A stretch of 64,000 bases of DNA. It comes from Chrysemys picta bellii. Its lineage: Eukaryota. The stretch covers positions 25,854,001 through 25,918,000 of the forward strand of contig NC_088795.1 in NCBI RefSeq assembly GCF_011386835.1. Direction: 5' to 3'. Numbering within the stretch: position 1 is the first letter of the stretch; the number at the start of each line of letters is the position of its first letter. The translations under genes were made by a program, and so were the position numbers. The notes beneath the pieces were generated by a model. The model was not told the origin of the DNA. It ran no database searches and saw only the letters and a list, made by a program, of their open reading frames with translations. Shown here piece by piece: positions 50,571 to 61,988 of this stretch.

Positions 50571-52721
50571 CTGATTACAGAGGAGAGGAGGAATAAAAAA
50601 CAAAACAAAACAACAGCACTTAAATATCTATCAACCACATATGCAAATAGGTTGATTTTCTAAAGTTTCAAATTACTTGCAATACTAATTCATTTTGGTA
50701 CTTCTGAAAATTCCACCTGATATGCTCCATCTGAAACACATCTCATTGATGGGGAAAGCAGTATGATCTAGTGGCTATGGTTCAGGGGATCTAAATGCAG
50801 GATATGTCACTAACCTGTTTCATCTTGGGCTATTCACACAGTCTGTAAACTGAGTATAATAATACTTGTCTACCAAGGACATTAGGGCTAATTAAGATTT
50901 TTAAAACACAGACAGTCTTGAAAAATAACTATATTTATTGTAACTGCTAACTATAAGGGACTTGGAGACAGTATTTGCAGGAACTTGATGATGAGATCTG
51001 ACAAGTGTACTGAAAAGGCTTCTATAATCCTTTAGCTAGTCCAAGATTTTACTTCAACTGGATTTGTACTTTCATATTCCAGAAACATGTTGGATTGACT
51101 CATCAAGTCTCTTATGGCTAGCAATTATATTGGAGATGGCATTTATTATTACTCAAGATTATCAAATCTTTAAAAATCCTTTCCATAGTCCAGAAAAGTT
51201 TTTAGATATTATTAGAAAAGGGGCAGGACTGAGGGAGCAAAGTGATTGGCTACATAAGTGAAGCCCTGCAATTATGGGACAACACCCATAGGGTTGGGAA
51301 CTACTTAGCCTTAATTTTTTCCCATCCAACAGTCATATTCTAAGTGGAATAACACTCCAGGGTATGCAGTACTCAGTGATAACACCACTTCCCAGACACT
51401 GTAGGCACTTGGCCTTCAGCACTGTGTCTCACTAGCACCCAAGGTGGGCGGTTATCAAAGAAATACATGCCCTGTCGTGTGTTGTTCTTTACTAAGCACA
51501 TTAAGTTTCACAGTATTTCTTTCCATTTATTTTTTGAAGCTTATTATAAAAATTTATTCTGCATCACCCTGATTTGACATACAGAATTAATATAGGGTTT
51601 TTGCATATACACACTAACAGGCACTACTGTCTTTCAATACTTTTTTTTTTTTTTTTTTTTTTTTTAAGGGAACAATTTTTCTCTCTCTCGAATCACAGAA
51701 ATCATTCTTGCATGAAACCTGGTACACAGCAAAGAAGCTAAAATAACATATTCATCAGCTAAAAACATCAACAAACATTTATAAATGGTACATCTTACAT
51801 CTGTGTTACAATGGAAAAGCTTCCAGGATTAAAGACAAATTAAATGGTGAAGATTTAAATATTTTAACTTTTTATAAAGGTAGATCTGTGAGCTCTGCTG
51901 GAATGTTAGCTACTAGCACTTACCACATGCTTACAGGACAGGTAAGATAAATTCACCAGATGAAAGTTGCTCTATTCAAGGATGACAACAGTTGATTTTC
52001 TTTTTAAAGTAGCTGAAGTGCTCGCGATAGCTATAGCCAATTGCCTCCATGTTTCCATTGTATCTTTCTGTCTTCAGTGGCTCACAACTTTCTAAAACTT
52101 TCACTTTTGGGGCTGAAATTATCCATACCTGGTCTCTGCCTCAGAGTGATTCCACCCCCCTCTTCCTCCCATTTCTTCAGATTATAAAGTAGAGCAGGTC
52201 AGCTGTTTTTGAGAATGAAGGAAAAGGGAAAAGCCCACAACACTTTCCCCATTATAAAAATATTTTGCAATCTACACTGATGTAACACACAAAAGAAGAG
52301 ACAAAGAAAAAAGCAGGCTATAGTACGGGTATATTATAAGCCACAGCCAGGGTTGAGAGGGGTTACAGAACTGCTGTGTAGCAACACACACTCCCTCAGG
52401 CATATGGGAACAGATGATCCATCCTTTTAATGAGCACAGTTTGCTTTCTCCCATATAAGCCCTGTTCTGCTGGATGGTGCGTACGCAGGGGTGTAGACAC
52501 AGTCTCTTCCTTTATGGAATCTAGTGTCATTACCCGCACTAGGGCTCTTCAAATCCTGACCATCAAGCATATAAAGGACCGGGGATTAGGCATAATCCCA
52601 GAATTGGAGCCCAAAAGAACTGGGAGATCTTTGTATCCTCTTCCCACAACTTGTACACCCGCATAGGGTCAGCCACAATCTGATCCTTACCATTAGCTAC
52701 AGAACGTAGAAAATGAAGGAA

Positions 52722-53120
52722 AGAATTGCAAGCCCCTCAGAGCACGGACTGTCTTTTTGTTCTATGTTTGTACAATGTCTAGCACAATGGGGTCCTGGTC
52801 CATGGCTAGGGCTCTTGGGCACAACTGTAATACGAATAATAAATAATAATAATTGGTCTTGGGTCTCATGTTAAGGCACTGGATTGGGATTCAATTCCAG
52901 GTCTGCCACAAACTTCCAGGATGACATTGGGCAAGTTACAGTCTCTCTCTGTGTCTCAGTTTGCCCTAGGTAAAATGGGATTCATAATACTCTCACATTT
53001 TTGTCAGTCTTGTCTATTTAAAGTATTAATTCTTCGGAATGGGGACTGTCTCTTATTATGGAACTCACCTACCACAATGCAACCATGATCTGTGTTGGCA
53101 TCTCAAGAGGCTACGGTTAT
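52722..53120 (+). mobile_element. L2/CORE-SINE-type 3' tail ending in (AAT)n, followed by a MIR-like CORE-SINE
   Basis: ggactgtctttttgttctatgtttgtacaatgtctagcacaatggg...aataataaataataataat (to 52853); then ttgggcaagttac...tgtgtctcagtttgccctaggtaaaatgg. Confidence 0.55.
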
Positions 53121-55226
53121 ATAAATCATATTGAAGGAATGCATTTTTCTAAAAATATCCTAGTAGTTACAGAACACATCAATACTATCATGAAAGAGAT
53201 GACATTTTGTAAACGCCGAAAGCATGTGCTTTGAATGAAGAAATCAACGACAATCTGTAACCACCCAAAGAGTCCATTAGCACAGCATAATGAACTTCTG
53301 GATGAAACTCTTCAGAGCATGCTTTGTTTTTCCATTCTAATCAAATGATCCCTGCATGCAACTAGATTATTCTTTGGTTTTGGGAGGAAATAATGGTTTT
53401 TAAAAGTGTCGGTTTTCTTTTTTAGGTTACAATATCACCAAAGCCACACTATAGTTACAGTAATGAAGGCATTCATTATAAATCCCTATGTTCAATAGCT
53501 AGTTTTTCCCAAAAATTCAGTTATTAGGGCTGAAATAGCTTATACTTACTCTCAACCCCAGAGGCAATTTTATTTTATTATCCAAGTTTAGAGAGAAAAC
53601 GCACGGTATATATTTTTCATTTCTCAAGCACAAAAATGTTTTTTTATGCTTAATTATTATTCTGGTCTGTGACAAACACAATTTGGAGTTAAAACACCCA
53701 GATTTGGCATAGATATAATCCTCAGGAAAAAGTGTGGGTGCACTAAGAGATAAAACAGTTAAAAATAAAATAAGGTATGAACTAATGAAAGCCAAAAATC
53801 ATGAATCTTTTCCTTTTTTATTTAAGCATGTAACATGTGTGTATATATGGATATAACCATGCTCTTGTGTAGATCTGCACAAAGAAATTTCCTCTTAAAA
53901 GCAGTGCCACACACAGTCAATCATTCTATCTCTACTAACTGCTTGCTACCTTAAAGACTGCATCAGAAGGGGTGTAACTTCTGTGGCAGCATGTATGGGT
54001 GCCTTCTTGACTGTGCTCTTTTAGATGCAGAGTATTCTGGAATGCAGAAGCTCAGCAGGCACATTTTAAAATTAAAGGCAAAGGTAGGAAATTTCTGCAA
54101 TTTTGCTTTTTCTCTCTTTCCTGACACACATCAGCATGATATCCTAGAGGGGAATTGCTGTAGTGCTGGTAAAACCAGATGCTGGAATCTCTGTTGCCAC
54201 TAATGATAGAGATTTCTAGGGAAAGAAAAGGGAATAAAGTTCCTATCTTCTCTTCAGTTCTCAACTTCCATAGCCTGATTTCAAGCCAGCACTCCATTTC
54301 TACTGCGCAAACCTAACAACTCTAAGCTGCCAGGTCATCTCTGCCCCAGATCATAAAGGTGAGAAAAACTTGTCAATGCGGGGATTGAGGTTGTGGGAAG
54401 AGAAGGAACTGCAAAGGAATATCCCTGCTAATCACAGTGGAAGAGGAGCAAAATTATCCACCACTTGCTTTTTCCTCCTCAGTTTTACCGGAGCTGTAAT
54501 ATGTGCCCAAGGGCCTTGATTGTCTATTTTTATTCATTTTTACTGAAAAATTCCTGGGTATTACAAAAGTATTATGTAATTTTTACCAATTTTCATCACA
54601 TTTTGTACCACCCAAGTTCTTGAAAATACCGATTATGTTAAGAAAATCCAATCCAGTAGATTATGTAGCTGGGTTTATGTGAATAATAGTGTAAATGCGG
54701 GGCTTCCTGTTAAAGTATGGCGATATAGTGGAAGATACACAGATGCACCTGTGAGTACATCAGTGCTTGAATCCTAATCAAAGGAGTCACTGTCCTCTCT
54801 GCCTTTGAAAATCTTTCCCTTTATTTCTCAGCCATAACACTGTATCAACAGTTTCTCCATTTAATTAGTAATAATAATACATTTTTAAGCAGCTGAGTAA
54901 GTTTTGTGCTGAAAGCTGTCCCCCTCCCCCACATCTGAGCAGCAGTCAAGCCAAATGTATAATATCTGCATATCCCTACCTCATCACCTAATGTACTTTT
55001 TGGATACAGACTCCTAATTTTTCAGTCTCCTCCAACCATTTCAGCTATTGACTTAAAGTGTAGTTGTTGTGCGGGGGTTTGTTTGTTTGTTTTATTTTTT
55101 GTTTCCTAAGATGAAAGTGCTCTGGAAGAAGATGAGTCAAACGTTAAAGAGTAAATCCTCCCAAACCTGACTGAAGGAGTTCTGACAGCTGCACATACTG
55201 TATACGAGATAACCAAATTGAGCAAT

Positions 55227-55370
55227 AACAATGAGGAGTCCTTGTGGCACCTTAGAGACTAACAAATTTATTTGGGCAGAAGCTTTTGTAAATTTGTTAG
55301 TCTCTAACATGCCACAAGGACTCCTCGTTGTTTTTGCTGATACAGACTGACACGGCGACCACTCTGAAAC
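55227..55370. mobile_element. Palindromic mini-PLE, older sister subfamily
   Basis: Arms about 55227-55270 / 55289-55332 (gagtccttgtggcaccttagagactaacaaattta and its complement, a few mismatches), tail gctgatacagactgacacggcgaccactctgaaac; 8-bp direct repeat tgagcaat at 55219-55226 and 55371-55378. Confidence 0.85.
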
Positions 55371-56679
55371 TGAGCAATGAGGTTAAGCTCTAACCAGTCC
55401 ATAACTGTGTCTGCAGCCGCTAGCAAGTCAACAGCAAAGAAGTCTACTCCCTATTCTCAACAAGTACCCTCCCTTCAGAGGCAGTCATGTAATGAATTCA
55501 CCCAAACATGCCTACCTTAGGCTCATAGAAATTATATTAGGGCCAAATGGAGCACAGTGGTCAGTATCTTTTTAAGTAAATCACAAATACTTTTTACTAT
55601 ATTAAAGAAATTTCAATATGACAAACAAAAATCAACCCATTTTAGAATCCCTTAATAAAACAGAAACCTAATTTTTCTTCTGATAGATTCACAGCATGAT
55701 ATACAAGCAAGTTGTTTTGTATAAGCCTCAAACAGCTGTGGTTCATTGGGAGACATAAGGGCCAAGTTGACTCCACATCACTTCAAAGTGAAAGACAATG
55801 CCAGTGCTTTCCCCCCTTCAAACCAACACTACAGTATCCCTAATCAAGAAAAATAAAGAAGCAAACAACCAGAATAGAAACAGAGAAGAGTATTAATTAG
55901 AGAAGAATAGGAGTTTTGCCTCATAATGGACAAAACAAGCTGCTTCACTATAAGCAAAGCTCTATGGATTCAGTGGTAAAAAAGTCTTTAATTCTACAGC
56001 AAACCCCCCTGCTCTCAGCAGCATTATGGTTAGGAGTGAATTCAGTGACAAATTCTGCAGCTGCAGGATCACAGAATACATCAAAAGTCTTTCTCTTGTA
56101 TGTTGCAGTAAGACTTTGATAAGCTCACCTTTAAGTACCCATAACTTGGAAGTCCACAGTTCAGGCACCAAGCCTCAGTATTTAAGAGGAAACTACTTCA
56201 GATAATATTATTTTATCTCGAACCCTACATATTTAGGCCTGATCCTGGGAAGGCTGAAAACCTGGAACTCCCTTTGACTGTAAAATGACTGCAATGGGAG
56301 TTGCAAGTTCTCTGTACCTCTTGGGTTCGTGCCCCAACAGGCCTAATTCTGCAGCTCTTACTCATCAGAATAGTCCCATTCATATTTATAGAACTCCTCA
56401 CATGAGTGAGGGCTTCAGGAACGAGCCCTAAATTCTACTCCTTGGGACAACTTTTCCCCCTCTCACAAGCTCCTTGTAATTATGTAAATTACAAAAACCC
56501 AAATTATGTAAAAACTCCTGCTTTTCACTTAGTTTCAACAGTCCCACCGGCATCCCAAAGGTTTACCTTGCCCTGTTATTCTGTTTTTTTAGAAATGAGG
56601 AGGAGGTTATCAAACAAACCTCATTTTAAAACTTAAAAATGGTGAGATTTTATAAAAGAAGTCTTAAAAAAATACTTAC

Positions 56680-56745
56680 TTGGCTTTGAGGGACTTCATG
56701 GTCAGCTCCCCAGTAAAGAGTCATACCAAGAGAATAAACATGAAT
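56680..56745 (-). CDS. PTPN13: PTPN13 coding exon (KIND domain), IHVYSLGMTLYWGADHEVPQSQ
   Basis: Minus strand tattacag|ATT CAT GTT...AGC CAA|gtaagt; 66 nt, phase 0-0; near-identical to recalled human IHIYSLGMTLYWGADYEVPQSQ. Not in the supplied ORF track. Confidence 0.95.
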
Positions 56746-57692
56746 CTGTAATACAACACAAACCATCTGTCAACTTAATGAAGGGACAGTTCTGGAAATT
56801 CATCAGTATATCCATAGAGTATTAAGTGGGTGTGATGAACTTGACATTCTGAGACAGGGTGGTCCTCCCCTTCCACCCCCCGAATTAGGTGCACTATTGC
56901 ACGTTTACATTTTTGACAACTAAGCTTAGCCATGGACTCAATTAGCCTCCTTGCCTTGGAGAGCTTCCGAATTGTCCTTTGCCCTGGTCGTTACAGTCAG
57001 AACAGCAAATCCTACTATGGGAAAAGACTTGAAAAAATCTTAATAATGCTCCTCTAACATTTCCATTTAGTTTTTAACCCTTCATTTAAGATTAAGCCCC
57101 AGTATACATCGATAAGATTACAACACTTGATGGTGATGAACACATTCTGAAATGCAGCAGGGCATTCCAATGCTGCAAGTCTTAAAAGGTGCATAGTTCT
57201 GAAGGTGGTGAAACACTTAGGATCACAAACACTGGCTTTTGGATTGCCAATGGACTTTCATCTATGTACACCACATATGAGGTTGTCATCTTAAAATTTC
57301 AATCATTGTAAACTCCTCAGAGCAGTGAATGTGTTTTCCTACATATTTGTACACGTCCCAGCACAACAAATCATCCTAATGGGCGCCACTGGCCTTGCTG
57401 TAATATAAATAAATAATAAATAATAATAGAAAAAAGTAGCAAATAATAATGAATCTGGATTGTTTATATATATATATAATGTGGTAATGACACACTTTGT
57501 ACTGGACAAGTCAACTATTGTACAGTGAACGTGTGTTAGTAACAACTGTATAATTTAAAGCAAGAAGTGCATTACATAATTTTGGCAACAAGTTATAGGT
57601 GATTCAATCAATCCCATCTTCCCCCAACTAAAGAGAAAATACAAATTGCAGGGCAACTTGAAGCATTAGCTATATGCAGTTAGAATCGCCAT

Positions 57693-58252
57693 TGCTTGGG
57701 GCGGCACCTGGAGGGGGTGGCGCTCCGGCCAGTTGGGGAGAGCGGGGCTCCGGCCGGGCTCGCCGCCCACCCCCCGGCGCTCCAGCCGGTCGGGGAGAGC
57801 GAGGCCCCAGCCGGGCTCGCCGCCCTCCCCCCAGCGCTCTGTCCAGTTGGGGAGAGCGAGGCCCCGACCGGGCTCGCCGCCCTCCCCCCAGCGCTCCGTC
57901 CAGTTGGGGAGAGCGAGGCCCCGACCGGGCTCGCCGCCCTCCCCCCGGCGCTCCGGCCGGTTGGGGAGAGCGGGGCCCCAGCCGGGCTCGCCGCCCTCCC
58001 CCCCGGCGCTCCGGACGGTTGGGGAGAGCGGGGCCCCGGCCGGGCTCGCCGCCCTCCCCCCGGCGCTCCGGCCGGTTGGGGAGAGCGAGGCCCCGACCGG
58101 GCTCGCCGCCCTCCCCCCGGCGCTCCGGCCGGTCGGGGAGAGCAGGGCCCCGACCGGGCTCGCCGCCCTCCCCTGCCACGCTCCCCGCCGGGGGCCGAGG
58201 GCGGCGGGAGGCTTTTTTGCCTGGGGTGGCAAAAAAGCCAGAGCCGGCCCTG
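57693..58252. mobile_element. hAT-type MITE with one intact TIR, carrying a minisatellite
   Basis: Right end gagccggccctg (same TIR class as the 8448 element); left TIR and TSD not found. Confidence 0.7.
57721..58178. repeat. 57-bp GC-rich minisatellite, 8 copies
   Basis: Unit starts at 57721, 57778, 57835, 57892, 57949, 58007, 58064, 58121; consensus cgctccggccggttggggagagcgaggccccgaccgggctcgccgccctccccccgg. Confidence 0.95.
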
Positions 58253-58374
58253 CAAGAGACAATATCTAGAGTGATCTACAATCTACAGAGAAGATGCTGT
58301 GGGAGACAACGGCGAGAGCTACCATAGTTAATATTTATTATTAGTCTAGTTTTTATGAAACAATAATATGGTAG

Positions 58375-59255
58375 TGTCAAATGGCAGCCCTGCCCGGGGA
58401 CATCCTCCTGACGTAGGTTGTGGCACAACAAGTGTCCCCTCTCAGGTAACCCAAGAACTCCACTTCAGGTCCCTTGCTTCAATAATACCCTTCTGTGGGG
58501 CCAGTTTATTATAAAAAACATTGTACAATTCACTTCATAACAAAAGTCCTCCACACAGTCCCATCTATCATCCCAGTGCATATTATCCTCAAAACCCCAT
58601 GATGTAACATCCCACATGCCAGCATCTTTTACCACACTCTAGGCTCCTCACCAGTCCTCATCTGTCCCTCTGCCAGGATGGCCACCCCAACTATTCCAAC
58701 TGGAGTGTGAGCTCACTTTTCTCAGTGGTAACTCCCCACAAACTCTCTGCTGGGAAATCATCTTCACCAGGGAGCATCCCTCCCTCTCCCTGTTCCCTTA
58801 AGTCCAGCACTCTGGCCCTGGATATGTCAGTGGGCAAATTCCTCTGGTGCGCTCCGGCCTTCAGAGCTCTCCGCCCCTTGGCTACATCTCTCCAGCTTAG
58901 AAGTAAGCAGGCAACTCCCACTGCTGCTGTCTGGCCCTGGCTCTTTGGCTTTGGGATGTCAGGCGGCAAACCCTTCTTTGCTGCTCTGTTGCCTTCCGTC
59001 TTCCCCGAGGAACAACCTACAGATTCCTTCCAGGACCCTCCATAGCCCCCGGTAGCTCTCAGCTGCCTCTTTCCTGACAAACTCACCAGGTCCCTCTGTC
59101 TCATGGGGGTCTCTGCCCCTCAGATTCTCTCTATCCTTTATTGCCTCAGGTGTTGCCCTGCCCTCTTAACTGGCCAGATTGGGAACACTTGTTCTGGTAC
59201 AGGGGAGCTGGAACTACTTCATGTACAGGGCTGGCCGGCCAGCCACCCTGTGATA
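58375..59255 (-). mobile_element. Probable solo LTR in gene-sense orientation
   Basis: GC-richer block starting tgtca and ending tgtgata; AATAAA on minus strand at 58505-58510; no TSD identified. Confidence 0.4.
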
Positions 59256-61073
59256 TACAGTTGTATTTACAAATTTACAAATAAATATGGACATTGATAT
59301 TAAAAAAGGCTTTTTGAATTGCAAAATCAACATTAAAGTGCAGACTATACATGAAGCTCTTGCTTCATCTAAATAAAAGTATTATGCCAAGTGGCTTGTG
59401 ACCTGAATAGTAAGTGAGAGTGAAACCAGCAGCCTCCTTCATTGCATTGCCAATTATCAGTCCTGTATATAAATTCTAAACAACAACAAAAAATTAAAGA
59501 GTGCTTCAGCAGCCTTTTTCAAATATCTCGTTAAGTGCTCTTATGTATGGTTTTCAGCCATCCTAAATTTAATAAGTGCAATATATTTTGTGCTAAAGAA
59601 AAGCAGAGGTAAATATTCAGTACTATGTTTCAGCCATGTGAACCAATGGTCCCATTGTTAACAAAACCACCTACATATTCATGCTACCATTGATGTCAGT
59701 CAAAAATAATTAGTAGCCCATTGTCAGCTAGATAGGACTCAGAAACAGATAAATATGGTGTGCATTTTAATTTAAAACGATCACCCTTTTTCCTTTGCAT
59801 TTCTTCAAATCCTCAATTCTTTTCCTGATGATTTTCAGTGAGTGTATTAATTTTTAAAAATGTATAATCTCAAGTTTCCAATTTGTGGTTTAATTAAAAC
59901 CTACATATGAAATATTTTCAGTTTTCCACTACAAAATAGATGCAATATTCTCCTTTTATTTAATCACTCCAAGTCAAGGCATGGTAACGTCAGCTGTTTA
60001 GGAGCAAGATATTCCCCATTCTGTTTTCTATTTATTTTTATTATCTATTTTCCACATAACATTTGAAAATAGGAGGCATCCAGAAGAGCACTGGAGTCCT
60101 AAGCTTCCTCCAGTTATCACAAAGAGGTTTGTCTCCCAACACACATGGTGTATGAGTCATGCAGAGCACCGCGCCAAGGGCTGCACTGATACGAGATTGT
60201 GATAGAATTAATATAGCTGACATATGGTTATATTCACCATGCGAGTTCAGTTCAACAAGCTGATGAATAGTAAAATTTACGCCTGAGGTATACGTGGGAG
60301 GCGGGATTATGCAAATACAAAATATTTTTCTTGGAATTTTTCTGAAAATTACTTTATATATTATAAACAAAGCTGGAGTACGTGCCATGGAGGGATTCGT
60401 GGTAATGGTGTGCCTAAGGAGAAGACAACGGGCCAAATTTTGCCTAATGTTACATCCACACAAACTTTTCTGATTTCGAGATCTCATGAATTACACTGGT
60501 GTTGTAGAGGTGCAATTGAGGGCACAATTTGGGTTGATACCCATTAGATAACAGTTTACGGACCAATCCTGAAACCACGTACTATCAACTGCAGACTTTT
60601 TTTTCTTCTTTTAATTCATCATGACCAATGGAACTACATCAAGTAGCAAGCAGCTGCAGTATCTGGGCCATAGCTTAATCTGGGAGAACTGGAATATTCA
60701 GTCCCCCAAAGTCTCAGCTTGGTTGTAACAGGGACCTTTGTACAGGTGAATGCCAACAATAAGCATGAACTCAGCTCAACTTCTTTTGCATTGTTAAAAA
60801 GACAAAGTTATTCATGGTATATGTCACTTTGGAAAAGAGGTATTTAATTGTTTAAGAAAGCACATGTCATACTCATGGTATTAACAAGTGCTAAAGGGCT
60901 TTACACAGAAAATCAGACAATGACCAAGTAACCCATCTAGTTTTTGAGACGTCAGGAGGAGATTAATTTCAAGCAGTAAAAAATCAGGTGAAACAATGCA
61001 ATAGGAATTTGTTTTTTTGGTGGGGGAGAGGGGTTATTTAACATTTTACACAGAGGATTAACATTTTCAGGGT

Positions 61074-61100
61074 GTGTGTATGTGTGTGTGTGTGTGTGTG
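61074..61100. repeat. (TG)n microsatellite
   Basis: Direct inspection. Confidence 0.9.
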
Positions 61101-61755
61101 TTAAATTTACTCAGAAACTGATTGCTTCTCCAAGGAACTAAAAAAAAATCAAAATAAAATCTAACCCAAATGAGTTGGCATTCATCATTATTTGCATCTT
61201 CAATGTATTTTTCACCATGTTGTTTTGTGAAGGGAATCCAATAATATTTAAACATGGAACTAACCTGACTTTTTTTTGTTATGGTGGTTGTGAATGTGCA
61301 GTGGAAAAATTAAAGACTTATTTGCAAACTGGCTTCCAACTGCATGTGGTTTGGACCACAAACCAAACTAAGATGGCTACCCTCATGACATAGAGGTTTT
61401 TTTTTTGTTAGTCTGTTTTGTAATTTATTGGTTTTTTTACCTTTAACCCTATATCTGAAATTTGGATTATAAGGGAATTGTTAGACGTCACTGTTTGACA
61501 GCTTTAACCATAAAAATAAGCTTTATTTCCTAAATACAGATCCCTCAATTGCAGGCAGGACATATTTAGCAATGTTTCACACATGCATCAGAACCTCTTT
61601 TCATGATGGCCATTGAACTAGGTCTTCCTTGTTCTGTGGAAAGACTGCTATTGGCTTTACCTTCCAATTGGACAGTCAAAGTCAGGTATCAGGGACTCTC
61701 AGTTTAATGAATAACAGGAATACTTGTGGCACCTTAGAGACTAACAAATTTATTA

Positions 61756-61793
61756 GAGCATAAGCTTTCGTGGACTACAGCCCACTTCTTCGG
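61756..61793 (-). ncRNA. Minimal hammerhead ribozyme core of the PLE (putative)
   Basis: Minus-strand RNA CCGAAGA-A-GUGGGC(UGUA)GUCCAC-GAAA-GC(UUAU)GC-UC: core, 6-bp stem II, short stem III, CUC triplet. No stem I pairing found. Confidence 0.65.
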
Positions 61794-61988
61794 ATGCATA
61801 TAGAATGGAACATATATTGAGGAGATATATATACACACATACAGAGAGCATAAACAGGTGGGAGTTGTCTTACCAACTCTGAGAGGCCAATTAATTAAGA
61901 GAAAAAAAACTTTTGAAGTGGTAATCAAGCTAGCCCAGTACAGACAGTTTGATAATAAGTGTGAGAGTACTTACAAGGGGAGATAGAG

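Noticed and set aside
57721-58178. Regular repeat array resembling CRISPR
   Set aside because: Head-to-tail repeats with no unique spacers, no cas genes, eukaryotic intron.
57666-58327. Six overlapping 169-217 aa ORFs
   Set aside because: Products of a stop-free 57-bp GC-rich tandem repeat inside a MITE; low-complexity translations, no domain recognised.
60041-60487. 148-aa minus-strand ORF, possible viral or host exon
   Set aside because: No recognisable motif; does not match the expected upstream PTPN13 exon (…LGFIISPWSLLLLP…), which I could not find in 56746-64000; partly overlaps a short repeat.
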